Positions 46,978 through 56,178 of a stretch of DNA of 64,000 nucleotides are shown piece after piece (within the stretch, counting starts at the first letter, position 1; each line of letters begins with the position of its first letter). A model generated the notes under the pieces. That model was not told the origin of the DNA and did not search any database. It saw only the letters and a list, made by a program, of their open reading frames with translations. Origin of the DNA: Terriglobia bacterium (GTDB taxonomy: Bacteria > Acidobacteriota > Terriglobia > 20CM-2-55-15); the NCBI GenBank assembly GCA_965198225.1, contig CBDAOY010000006.1, positions 736,001 to 800,000 on the forward strand, in the 5' to 3' direction. The translations under genes and the position numbers were made by a program.

Positions 46978-49413
46978 GTGAAACACGTCTTTTGTACCCT
47001 TCTGATCGGCCTAGGAGTGCCTGTCTTGTGCTCGCCTCTATGGGCCCAGTCGCTCGGCACCGTCGAGGGCGTCGTCACACTGCCGACCGATGCCCCGATC
47101 CACCGTGCCAGTGTGCTGTTGACCCCGTTGGGACGAATCGCGGAAACCGATGCGAACGGTCGTTTCCGCTTCGAGAACGTGCCTCCCGGAAACTATGAAC
47201 TGGCTGCTTTCCGGTGGATGCTCGCCGCTGAGGCCCCGGGGATTGCGATCACAGGCGGGGAAACGCTGCAAGTCAACATGCGACTCGGTCCGGCGCTTGT
47301 CGCGATGGAGATGAAGGTTGGAGAGTACGGCCGAAGGGCGGCTCTCGCGGGACCTGTTCCAGAATCCCCAGAACCGTCGGTCCCGTCCGCGCCGCAAGAA
47401 TCCGCCCTCGCCCCGGTTTCCGTTCTCGATGCGTCGCTGATTCCCGACGCGGTGTCCCCCACGTTGGGAGACGTGCTCGACTCCCGACTGGGCTTCGCCA
47501 GGCGCAGTTTCGGTACGGGGAACGCGCGACCCATCGTGCGAGGACTCGACAGCGACCGGGTCCTGATCCTCGAGGACGGTCTCAGAGTGGGCTCGTTGGC
47601 CTCTCAATCCGGCGACCATGTCGAACCGGTCGACGCGAGCAGCCTGGATCGCCTCGAATTCGTCAAAGGACCGTCCACGCTGCTTTACGGGAGTAACGCG
47701 ATCGGTCGCGCGATCAACGCCATCAGCAACAATCTGGATGCACGCACCGAGGCCGGTCAAGGCTTGCGTGGCAGGGTGTCTTCGGCCGTGGGAACCGTGG
47801 GAACCGGCAGCGCCTACGCCGGTGGTGGTGTGAACTTGGAATACGGGGCGCGTAACTGGCGGCTTTGGCTGGGTGGCAGTAGCCGCCGAGCAGGGGACTA
47901 CGACTCGCCTCTCGGTCCGGTCGACAACTCCAGGAACCGGATCACCAACGGATCTGCAGGATTCGGCTGGTCTGATCGTAGTACCTACCTGGGAGTCGAC
48001 TACAAGGCCGCCGAGGGGCGTTACGGAATCCCATTCGCAGACGTATTCCGTCAGCCGGACGACCCCAGCGCCGCCAACCTGGAGGCCGTGGACGTTCGGT
48101 TCCGGCGGAACAACATCCGGCTCTTCGGAGGAGTTCGCGATCTCGGCTCGGCGGTCGAGGGCTTCGAATTCACAATGAACTACGGCTACTGGAACCACGA
48201 CGAGGTGGAAGCCTTCACCGACAGTGTGTCTGCCGTTGCCAACCGTTTCGAGAACCGGGAGCTGACCTACCGGGGCGTGTTCGACCAACTCCGGCGAGGC
48301 CGGGTCGACGGCCGCTTTGGCTTTTCGGCCTCCAACCGAGAGTACCGACCCAGCGGAGAGCAGGCGTTAGCGCCGCCTGTGCGTCGGAATGCCTTCGCCG
48401 TGTTCGGGGTCGAAGAACTAGACCTCGATCCGTTCCAGCTGGAGGAGGGCGGACGCCTCGACTTTGCCGGCGACGCACTTCGGGGCGTCATTGTCCGCAG
48501 GCTCAGCCCGGAAGGGGACGAGGAAGAAGCTCCCCAACCGGCTGGCTTCGAAACGGCGTTCATTCCTCATCAGAGCTTCACCGGCGGTTCCGCCGGAATC
48601 GGCGGACGGTACGAGGTCTGGAACGGCGGGACAATCAGAGTCGATTTGACGAGTTCGTTCCGGGCTCCAGCCCTCGAGGAGCTTTACAGCTTTGGTCCGC
48701 ACGCCGGCGGCCTGACCTTCGACATCGGGGACTCGAGCCTCGGGCGCGAGCGTTCCAACGGCATCGATGTCTCGTTCCGACACCGGAGGAACACGTTTCG
48801 TGCTGGAGTGGACGTCTTCTACTACGGCCTCGACGACTACGTGTTTTTCGCGCCGAACCCACGGTTTCAGGAGGGATTGCTCGAAGCCGAGTACTTTCAG
48901 GGCGACGCCCGGTTCCGAGGGATGGAGCTGGCGATGGATTTCGCCGTGCGCCCCTCTCTCTGGCTGAACATGGGGATGGAGATGGTCCAGTCGAAACTCA
49001 AGGCGATCGGCACTCCGCCGCCGCGCATCCCACCTCTTCGAGCGACTTTTGGCCTGGACTACCATCTCAACCGCCTGCGCATCCGGCCGCAGATCGTCGT
49101 CGCCGATGCCCGCAACGACGTGTACTCGGGCGAGAATCCGACACCGGGATACGGGTTGGTCAACCTTGCGGCGTCGTACACGATTCCCCGGGAGCATTCG
49201 TCGCATCGACTTGCGTTCAACCTTTTCAACGCAGGAAATAGGCTCTACCGAAACCACGCCAGTTTGATCAAGAACCTGGTCCCCGAAATGGGGCGTGCTA
49301 TCCGGTTTTCATACGCGCTTGAGTTTGTGAGATCGCCGCGGTCTCGAGTCTCGTTTTTCGACCCCACACCCAATCAAACTGACCCGGGCCGGAAATCCGG
49401 GCCAGACCGATAA
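46978..49413 (+). CDS. TonB-dependent receptor (ZnuD-like) with carboxypeptidase-regulatory N-domain
   Basis: RPIVRGLDSDRV, KGPSTLLYGSNAIG, RAPALEELYS, NLFNAGNRLY, GRAIRFSYALEF. Confidence 0.88.
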   Translation: MKHVFCTLLIGLGVPVLCSPLWAQSLGTVEGVVTLPTDAPIHRASVLLTPLGRIAETDANGRFRFENVPPGNYELAAFRWMLAAEAPGIAITGGETLQVNMRLGPALVAMEMKVGEYGRRAALAGPVPESPEPSVPSAPQESALAPVSVLDASLIPDAVSPTLGDVLDSRLGFARRSFGTGNARPIVRGLDSDRVLILEDGLRVGSLASQSGDHVEPVDASSLDRLEFVKGPSTLLYGSNAIGRAINAISNNLDARTEAGQGLRGRVSSAVGTVGTGSAYAGGGVNLEYGARNWRLWLGGSSRRAGDYDSPLGPVDNSRNRITNGSAGFGWSDRSTYLGVDYKAAEGRYGIPFADVFRQPDDPSAANLEAVDVRFRRNNIRLFGGVRDLGSAVEGFEFTMNYGYWNHDEVEAFTDSVSAVANRFENRELTYRGVFDQLRRGRVDGRFGFSASNREYRPSGEQALAPPVRRNAFAVFGVEELDLDPFQLEEGGRLDFAGDALRGVIVRRLSPEGDEEEAPQPAGFETAFIPHQSFTGGSAGIGGRYEVWNGGTIRVDLTSSFRAPALEELYSFGPHAGGLTFDIGDSSLGRERSNGIDVSFRHRRNTFRAGVDVFYYGLDDYVFFAPNPRFQEGLLEAEYFQGDARFRGMELAMDFAVRPSLWLNMGMEMVQSKLKAIGTPPPRIPPLRATFGLDYHLNRLRIRPQIVVADARNDVYSGENPTPGYGLVNLAASYTIPREHSSHRLAFNLFNAGNRLYRNHASLIKNLVPEMGRAIRFSYALEFVRSPRSRVSFFDPTPNQTDPGRKSGPDR

Positions 49414-49433
49414 CGCCAGCTGGAGGAAATAGC

Positions 49434-51080
49434 ATGTGGAGAGCCGGTTTTGCGGCTACCGTCTTGGTTTGTGGTCACGCCTTCTTCTGTATGTCGCATT
49501 TGTTCGCTCAAGACACCTCGTCCGACGACATCGAGCTCAGAAGAGCCGCACTGGAAGGGGAGGTCCCTCTCACCCTGCGCCGATCTATCGAACTGGCGCT
49601 CGAGAACAATCCCGAACTTGTCGTCGAAAAGCTGAGGGTCGAACAGGCGCGGGCGGGAGTCCAGGAGGAGAAAGGCTTCTACGATCCGGTGTTCGACATA
49701 TCCGGTCTGGTCGGTCGCCGGGACAACGTCGTCGCAAGCCGGTTTTTCCCGACCGGGCTCTACGTGGAACAGGACGCGATATACGGAGCTCGCCTGAATG
49801 GAATTACGCATATGGGCTCCCGGTACGGCGTGGACATCAACTTCCATCGGCAACACTCGACATCGAATACACAATCCCTGAGTCCTCAATTCGCGGCGAC
49901 TCTGGGTCTGACATTCAGCCAGCCCCTCTTCAGGGATTCCGGCTCCGAGGTCGTCCTGACGCGGTTACGGGTCGCCGAGAGACAGCAGGAAATCTCTGAA
50001 GAAGACCTCGCAGTCGGGGTCTCCAACGTGATCTTCCAGGTGGTCCAGGCCTACTGGAACCTTGTTTTTCTGAGGGAGGATCTGGAGGTCCGAAGAACGA
50101 GCCTCGCGTTGGCCGAAGCGCTGCGCGAGCAGAATGAGAATCTTTTCAGCGCGGGACAGGTGCGTTCGGTCAGCCTGCATGAGGCGCGGGCGGGGGTCTT
50201 CGAGCGCGAGGAAGATGTCATCCGCTTCGAAAACGAGGTCGCAAGAGCGCAGGACCTGCTCAAGGTGCTGCTCTACGCGGATCTCTCGACGGTTACCTTG
50301 ATCCCGGGCGACGCATTGGACGACGTAACGGTCGACCTGGACCCACAACGCAGTTACGACCTCGCTGCGAGTGCGAGGCCCGAGCTTCTCCGGCTTCAGA
50401 GGGAGATCGAACTACGGGGCCATGAAAAGAATTTCGCGACCAACCAGGTCCGCCCACGCCTCGACTTGAACGTGCAATACGGCATGACCGGCCTCTCGGG
50501 AAGGCCCAACCGGACGCTCGTGAATCCCGGTTCTCCCGAGCTCGGCACCGCGGGCGACACGGTCGCCGGCTCTGTTTTTGCGGGGATCACGCGGCCGCTT
50601 GGCGCGTTCAACAGCTTCTTTACAGGGGACGGTTTCGACTACTGGAACGTCGAGCTGAGGCTGGAGCTCCCCCTCCGGAACCGGACGGCGGAAGCGCGGC
50701 TTGCCGACGCCAACCTTCGTCTGCGGGAGAGCGAGGTCACACTCGCGGCTCTTCGGGAGCGGGTCGTGCTGCAAGTCCGGGACGCCATTCGGAACATCGA
50801 GACCGCCGGACAGAGCGTCGATGCGGCCCGTGAGGCGGTCCGGTTCGTGGAAGAGCAGCTGTTGGCCACCCGGGTTCAGTTCGCGGCGGGCCTGACGACG
50901 AGCTATGAAGTCCTCCGAGTGCTGGACACTCTGGCCCAGGCCCGACGGCGCGAGCTGAGGGGGTTGATGGATCACAACATTGCTCGTGCTGCTCTGAGGG
51001 CAGCGGAAGGCACCATGCTGGATTACTACAACATCGAGGTCCGCGGATCCTCGCTTGCGGCTGATGAGGGATCGTTTTGA
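49434..51080 (+). CDS. TolC family outer membrane protein
   Basis: LTLRRSIELALENN, FSQPLF, VVQAYWNL, LELPLRNR, FAAGLTTSYEV. Confidence 0.9.
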   Translation: MWRAGFAATVLVCGHAFFCMSHLFAQDTSSDDIELRRAALEGEVPLTLRRSIELALENNPELVVEKLRVEQARAGVQEEKGFYDPVFDISGLVGRRDNVVASRFFPTGLYVEQDAIYGARLNGITHMGSRYGVDINFHRQHSTSNTQSLSPQFAATLGLTFSQPLFRDSGSEVVLTRLRVAERQQEISEEDLAVGVSNVIFQVVQAYWNLVFLREDLEVRRTSLALAEALREQNENLFSAGQVRSVSLHEARAGVFEREEDVIRFENEVARAQDLLKVLLYADLSTVTLIPGDALDDVTVDLDPQRSYDLAASARPELLRLQREIELRGHEKNFATNQVRPRLDLNVQYGMTGLSGRPNRTLVNPGSPELGTAGDTVAGSVFAGITRPLGAFNSFFTGDGFDYWNVELRLELPLRNRTAEARLADANLRLRESEVTLAALRERVVLQVRDAIRNIETAGQSVDAAREAVRFVEEQLLATRVQFAAGLTTSYEVLRVLDTLAQARRRELRGLMDHNIARAALRAAEGTMLDYYNIEVRGSSLAADEGSF

Positions 51081-51898
51081 GCATCCGTTATGCATCCCTC
51101 GGTCTTGGCTTGATCTTATCCACCGGCTTCGGTCCTGGTGCTGCCGCCGCCCAGGATACCGCGACGGGCGTGGTACGCGCCGAAGAGGCCGTGGTCGTGA
51201 GAAGCGAGGTCGCAGGAATCATCCGGAGCATCGAAGTCCGCGAGGGGCAGGAGGTTTCCAAGGGGCTGGTCCTGGTACAGATGCGAAGCGACATTCAGGA
51301 AATCGGTGTCCGGCTTGCGGACGCCGGGCTGTCGAGAGCCGAAGCCGCCGCGGCCGCGTCTCGAGTAACGCTTGAGAATGCACGACACACTCTGGCAAGG
51401 GTTGAAATCGCCGCCGAAGCCTTGACGGAGAAAGAGCGCGAAGATGTGGCCGATGAAGTGCTGCGGCTGGAGGCGTTGTTGCGGGCCCAGGAGGCGGAGG
51501 TTGCCGAGGCGCGCGTGGAGCGGGATCTCAGGCGACGCCAGCTCGATGAAACCCGCATCTCATCCCCTTTTGATGGAACGGTGACGATCATCCGGATTCA
51601 GAAGGGTGACACCGTGGCGCCACTCGACACTCCTTTACTGGTTCTGGTGAACCTGGATCGCTTGTACGTCGAGCTGGCGCTGCCGGTTGACGAGATCCCG
51701 AACGTGGCGGAGGGCCGTTCCGTCGAGGTTCAGGTGGAGGCTGGGGTCCTCGGATCCTCGGGTCATGTCGAAGGCGTGGTCAGCTACGTGAACCCGACAG
51801 TCGATCCCTCCAGCCGCACGTTCCTGGTCAAAATTGGAATTCCCAGTCCGTCGCGGAGGATTCGACCCGGCATGCGAGCCGAGGTCCGTCTGCCTTAA
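51077..51898 (+). CDS. Membrane fusion protein (RND/HlyD-type adaptor)
   Basis: EVAGIIRSIEVREGQEV, ISSPFDGTV, NPTVDPSSRTF, IRPGM. Confidence 0.9.
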   Translation: MSIRYASLGLGLILSTGFGPGAAAAQDTATGVVRAEEAVVVRSEVAGIIRSIEVREGQEVSKGLVLVQMRSDIQEIGVRLADAGLSRAEAAAAASRVTLENARHTLARVEIAAEALTEKEREDVADEVLRLEALLRAQEAEVAEARVERDLRRRQLDETRISSPFDGTVTIIRIQKGDTVAPLDTPLLVLVNLDRLYVELALPVDEIPNVAEGRSVEVQVEAGVLGSSGHVEGVVSYVNPTVDPSSRTFLVKIGIPSPSRRIRPGMRAEVRLP

Positions 51899-52089
51899 GC
51901 AGGGCCCTTAGGGCTTCGTTTTCAGTCGGCGTAAGTGTATGATTCAAGATCAGAAAGAGCAAGTCGCGGACGAGGACAATTGGGCCCGCGGCACTCAGAG
52001 CTGGGTAAGAAACCCTTGACGAGCTGTGGGCGTCAACGCTCCCTCCGTTTCCCGGGATAAGGACTCCCCGATCAGAATCTCCAGCACAG

Positions 52090-54018
52090 ATGACCGGGAC
52101 TGCGTTCCGGCGCGTTCCGACAGGATGGATCCCTGTCGGCGCGGTGGTTGTGGGCATGGAATACAGAGAGACGTACCGCGAATCCGAGACGCGCAACCTG
52201 ATCGAGGAGCTGGAACAACTGCGCCGTTTCGACGGACCTCCAGCGGAGTTCTGGCCGTCTTTTCTGGAAAAAGCAGGCCTCTTGGTCGCGGCGAGACTTG
52301 CGCTTCTACTGGCACCGGGCGATGACGATACTTCCTGGAAGCATCTCGGCCTCTGGCCCGACAGGAGCCGCGGCCTGATCAAGGTTCCCGAACTCGCAAT
52401 CCGGATCGAGGAAGTAGCCCGCGAATCACTCGCCGAACGCTCCGCGTGGACCACAAACGGGCAACTTCCCGCCGCCCTTGGCGCCGCTTCGCTGGTCGGG
52501 GTGCGCCTCGGCGTGGACGAAGGCCGCTACGCCGTGGCGGTGGTCCTCCTGGCGGATGCGTCCGAGACGCGCGCCGAGGAGGCAAGTGTCCGTCTGAATC
52601 TCATCGCCGACACACCGAGTGTGTACCAGCTCGGCCGCCTCCTAGGTCAGGCCAAGGAGGACGTCGGGAAATTCAGCGACGGTCTGGACCTGCTGGTCCT
52701 GCTCAATGAGAAAAAGAGATATGTCGCCGCCGCGATGACCTTCGCGAATGAGGTCGCGTCCAGGTACCGATGCGATCGGGTCTCGTTGGGATGGCTGAAG
52801 GGCGGTTACGTTCGGATCCAGGCCATCAGCCACATCGAGCGGTTCGAGAAAAAGATGGACGTCGTCCAGGACCTCGAGTCCGTGATGGAGGAGTCGCTGG
52901 ACCAGGACGAGGAGATCCTCTGGCCGAGGCCGGCCGAAAGCACGGCGATCACCCGCAACCATGAATCGTTCTCCAAGAGGGAGGGCTCGGGCAACCTCGT
53001 GTCGCTCCCGATCCGGCTCGACGACGCGCCGATCGGCGTGTTGACTTGCGAACGATCACGCGAGCCGTTTTCCGAATCCGCCGTTCGAAGTCTGCGATTG
53101 TTGTGTGATCTGGCAGCGCGCCGCCTCGGCGACCTGAAGGACCACGACCGCTGGGTCGGAGCCAGGATGGCCGCCGCGGCGCGCGAAGGCGCCGCCCGCC
53201 TTGTCGGCGTGGAACACACTTTCGCCAAGCTCGCCGGCATCCTCGTTGCCGGACTTCTTGCCTTCGGCATTTTTGGACGGCTGGACTACCGGGTAGAAGC
53301 TCCGTTCGTACTCAAGTCTGACGACGTCGCTTACTTGTCGGCGCCCTTCGACGGCTACATCGATCAGGTGCTCGTGGATGTCGGCGACTTCGTGGAGCCG
53401 GGAGATCTGCTCCTCAGCTTCGACACGCGCGAATTCCTTCTTGAAGAAGCAACCGCGATCGCCAATCAGATTCGCTTCGAGAGGGAAGAGGAAAGAGCCC
53501 GGGCCGAACGGGCGGTCGCGGACATGATGGTCGCCGAGGCGCTGGCCGATCAGGCCGGGGCGCAGTTGGGCCTGGTCCGGCACTATCTGGGGCAGTCCGA
53601 GGTCCGGGCGGCGTTCAGCGGCATCGTCGTCGAAGGCGACCTCAAGGAATTGCGCGGCACCCCCTCCCGAAAGGGCGACGTGTTGTTCAAAATCGCGCGC
53701 ACGGAGAACCTTTACGCCGAGCTGGAGATTGACGAGAGAGATGCCCACGAGGTGTCCGATTCGGCGAGCGGCGAGGTCAGCTTCTTGAGCCGGCCGGACC
53801 TCACATTCCCAATAACGGTAGAGCGCACCGATCCCGTCGCAGTGACCGAGGACGAACAGAACGTGTTCATCGCCCGCGCCGATTTCACCCTCGAAGCGGC
53901 CCCCTGGTGGCGGCCGGGAATGAGCGGGGTTGCCAAGGTCGATATCGGGAGGCGCAACGTGCTTTGGATATTGACGCACCGGACGATCGACTTCCTCCGC
54001 ATCTTCTTCTGGTGGTAA
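52090..54018 (+). CDS. GAF-domain HlyD-family adaptor protein
   Basis: CDRVSLG..AISH..MEESLDQ, SLPI..IGVLTCER (GAF); APFDGYI, WRPGMSGVAKV. Start may be ATG 52156. Confidence 0.85.
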   Translation: MTGTAFRRVPTGWIPVGAVVVGMEYRETYRESETRNLIEELEQLRRFDGPPAEFWPSFLEKAGLLVAARLALLLAPGDDDTSWKHLGLWPDRSRGLIKVPELAIRIEEVARESLAERSAWTTNGQLPAALGAASLVGVRLGVDEGRYAVAVVLLADASETRAEEASVRLNLIADTPSVYQLGRLLGQAKEDVGKFSDGLDLLVLLNEKKRYVAAAMTFANEVASRYRCDRVSLGWLKGGYVRIQAISHIERFEKKMDVVQDLESVMEESLDQDEEILWPRPAESTAITRNHESFSKREGSGNLVSLPIRLDDAPIGVLTCERSREPFSESAVRSLRLLCDLAARRLGDLKDHDRWVGARMAAAAREGAARLVGVEHTFAKLAGILVAGLLAFGIFGRLDYRVEAPFVLKSDDVAYLSAPFDGYIDQVLVDVGDFVEPGDLLLSFDTREFLLEEATAIANQIRFEREEERARAERAVADMMVAEALADQAGAQLGLVRHYLGQSEVRAAFSGIVVEGDLKELRGTPSRKGDVLFKIARTENLYAELEIDERDAHEVSDSASGEVSFLSRPDLTFPITVERTDPVAVTEDEQNVFIARADFTLEAAPWWRPGMSGVAKVDIGRRNVLWILTHRTIDFLRIFFWW

Positions 54019-54024
54019 CCGGAC

Positions 54025-56178
54025 ATGGCAACGGGCAAGACCTTCAGTGAGTCCTGGCACCGTGTGGCGGGGCTCGAGATCAGCCTCCGGCCGACGGTGC
54101 AGGTTCGCAAGCAGTATTTTCGCGGCGAGAAGTGGTATGTCCTGGAGGACCCTTTCAACAATCAGTTCTTCCGCCTGCGTCCGGAGGCCTACGACTTCGT
54201 GTCCCGTCTCCAGCCGGGCCGGACGGTGGAAGCGGTGTGGGAGGAGTGCCTCACCCGGCGTCCAGACGACGCCCCCGGACAGGAAGATGCGATTCGGCTG
54301 CTGAGCCAGCTCTACTTCGCGAACCTGCTCTATTTCGAGGCGCCCGGCGACAGCGAAAAGCTCTTCGAACGGTACAGTCAGCGGCGCCAGCGCGAAGTCC
54401 GGTCGAAGCTGCTCTCCATCATGTTCATCCGGCTCCCGCTCCTGGACCCGGACTACTTTCTCCGGCGACTAATGCCTCTCATCCGGCTCCTCGTCAGCCC
54501 GCTTGCCGCCCTCGTCTGGCTGAGTGTGGTCGGCGTCGCGATCAAGCTCGTCGTCGACAATTTCGACGAAGTCGTGAATCAGACCCAGGCCATCCTGGCT
54601 CCCGACAACCTGCCGTTGCTTTATCTGGGACTGGTTCTGATCAAGGCTGTTCACGAGTTCGGCCACGCCATCGTGTGCAGGCGTTTCGGTGGCGAAGTGC
54701 ACACGATGGGGGTCATGCTGCTGGTCTTTACGCCGCTCCCCTACATGGACGCCACCTCGAGTTGGTCGTTTCGGAGCCGCTGGCGCCGGGCCCTGGTGGG
54801 CGCCGCCGGGATGATCACGGAACTGTTCGTGGCGGCCCTGGCAACGTTCGTCTGGGCGAACACGGGCGCCGGGACGCTAAACAGCCTCGCCTACAACATG
54901 ATGTTCGTCGCTTCTGTCTCAACGGTCATTTTCAACGCCAACCCGCTGCTCCGTTTCGACGGTTACTACATCCTGTCCGACATCCTCGAGATCCCCAACC
55001 TGTCATCCCGGGCATTTCAGCAAATGCGCCACGTCGTCGAGCGGTATCTCTTCGGCTACCGGGGTTCCCAGAGTCCGGCTCGAACGCTGAAAGAGTCCAT
55101 ATTGCTCGCTACTTTCGGTGTCTTGAGCGGAATCTACAAACTCGTGGTTTTTGCCGGCATCGTATTGTTCGTCGCCGACAAGCTCTTCCTCGCTGGGTTG
55201 GTCATGGCCGCGGTGTGCGTCTTTGCCTGGCTGGTGGTTCCACTCGGCCGGCTCGTTACCTACGTTGCTACCGGCCCCCACCTGGCCCGCACCCGCGCTC
55301 GGGTGGCCCTCGTCTGTCTGGGGGCCGTCGGGCTTGTCGTCGGTTTTTTCGGGCTCTATCCCTTTCCCCACCGTTTTCGCGCGCCTGGCGTTCTCGAGGC
55401 GGTCGAGTACGAGCGTGTCGCCAATGACGCCGCCGGCTATGTCACCTCCGCCCTGACCCCGTCCGGTACGTGGGTTCAACCGGGTACGGCGTTGTTCCAA
55501 CTATCCAACCCGGAACTCCAGTTTGAGATGGATGCTGCACTGGCTGAGCGTCAGGAGGGCCTCGTCTTTCTGCAGCGCGCCTTGAGCCAGCAGGTGTCCG
55601 ATGTGGAGCCGATCCGAAGACGGCTGGAGACCATAGAAAAGAAGCTTGCCGACCTGGAGGAGACCCGGTCGGCCCTGCTCGTCACCTCCAACCAGGAAGG
55701 CGTATGGGTAACGCCCGAGGGGGGGCAATTGGTCGGGGCGTGGATACCGAGGGGTTCGGTCCTCGGGCAGATCGTGAATACTGAGAGTTTCCGGTTCGCC
55801 GCCGCCGTTTTGCAGGATGAGGCCTCCAATCTGTTCGCCGTGGGAATCCGCGACGCAGAGGTTCGTCTTCGAGGAGAGGGAGAGCGCAACCTGGCGGTGA
55901 CGACCTATTTGAGCATTCCGTTCGAGTACCAGCGACTGCCTTCTCCGGCCCTCGGCTGGCTTGGCGGCGGGGACGTTCCCGTAGCGCTGTCGGATGAAAC
56001 GGGCCTGATGGCCACCGAGCCATTTTTTCAGATATACGCCTACCTGGACCCCGTCCCCGACGTGACGTATCTGCACGGGCGATCCGGACAGATCCGCTTC
56101 ACCCTCGAGCCCCAGCCGCTCCTCCAACAGTGGATCCGAAAGTTCCGCCGCCTGTTGCAGAAGAGGTACCAGATCTGA
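54025..56178 (+). CDS. PqqD-like / M50 (site-2) metallopeptidase / MFP fusion
   Basis: N-terminal YVLEDP..FFRL..YDFVSRLQPGRTVEAVW; HEFGH; NANPLLRFDGY; C-terminal lipoyl/hairpin MFP region. Confidence 0.85.
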   Translation: MATGKTFSESWHRVAGLEISLRPTVQVRKQYFRGEKWYVLEDPFNNQFFRLRPEAYDFVSRLQPGRTVEAVWEECLTRRPDDAPGQEDAIRLLSQLYFANLLYFEAPGDSEKLFERYSQRRQREVRSKLLSIMFIRLPLLDPDYFLRRLMPLIRLLVSPLAALVWLSVVGVAIKLVVDNFDEVVNQTQAILAPDNLPLLYLGLVLIKAVHEFGHAIVCRRFGGEVHTMGVMLLVFTPLPYMDATSSWSFRSRWRRALVGAAGMITELFVAALATFVWANTGAGTLNSLAYNMMFVASVSTVIFNANPLLRFDGYYILSDILEIPNLSSRAFQQMRHVVERYLFGYRGSQSPARTLKESILLATFGVLSGIYKLVVFAGIVLFVADKLFLAGLVMAAVCVFAWLVVPLGRLVTYVATGPHLARTRARVALVCLGAVGLVVGFFGLYPFPHRFRAPGVLEAVEYERVANDAAGYVTSALTPSGTWVQPGTALFQLSNPELQFEMDAALAERQEGLVFLQRALSQQVSDVEPIRRRLETIEKKLADLEETRSALLVTSNQEGVWVTPEGGQLVGAWIPRGSVLGQIVNTESFRFAAAVLQDEASNLFAVGIRDAEVRLRGEGERNLAVTTYLSIPFEYQRLPSPALGWLGGGDVPVALSDETGLMATEPFFQIYAYLDPVPDVTYLHGRSGQIRFTLEPQPLLQQWIRKFRRLLQKRYQI

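Noticed and set aside
54132-55427. 431-aa alternate-frame ORF and similar long overlapping ORFs (e.g. 5076..6167, 37098..38390, 45599..46912)
   Set aside because: Arg/Pro-rich shadow frames typical of high-GC DNA, overlapping well-supported genes.
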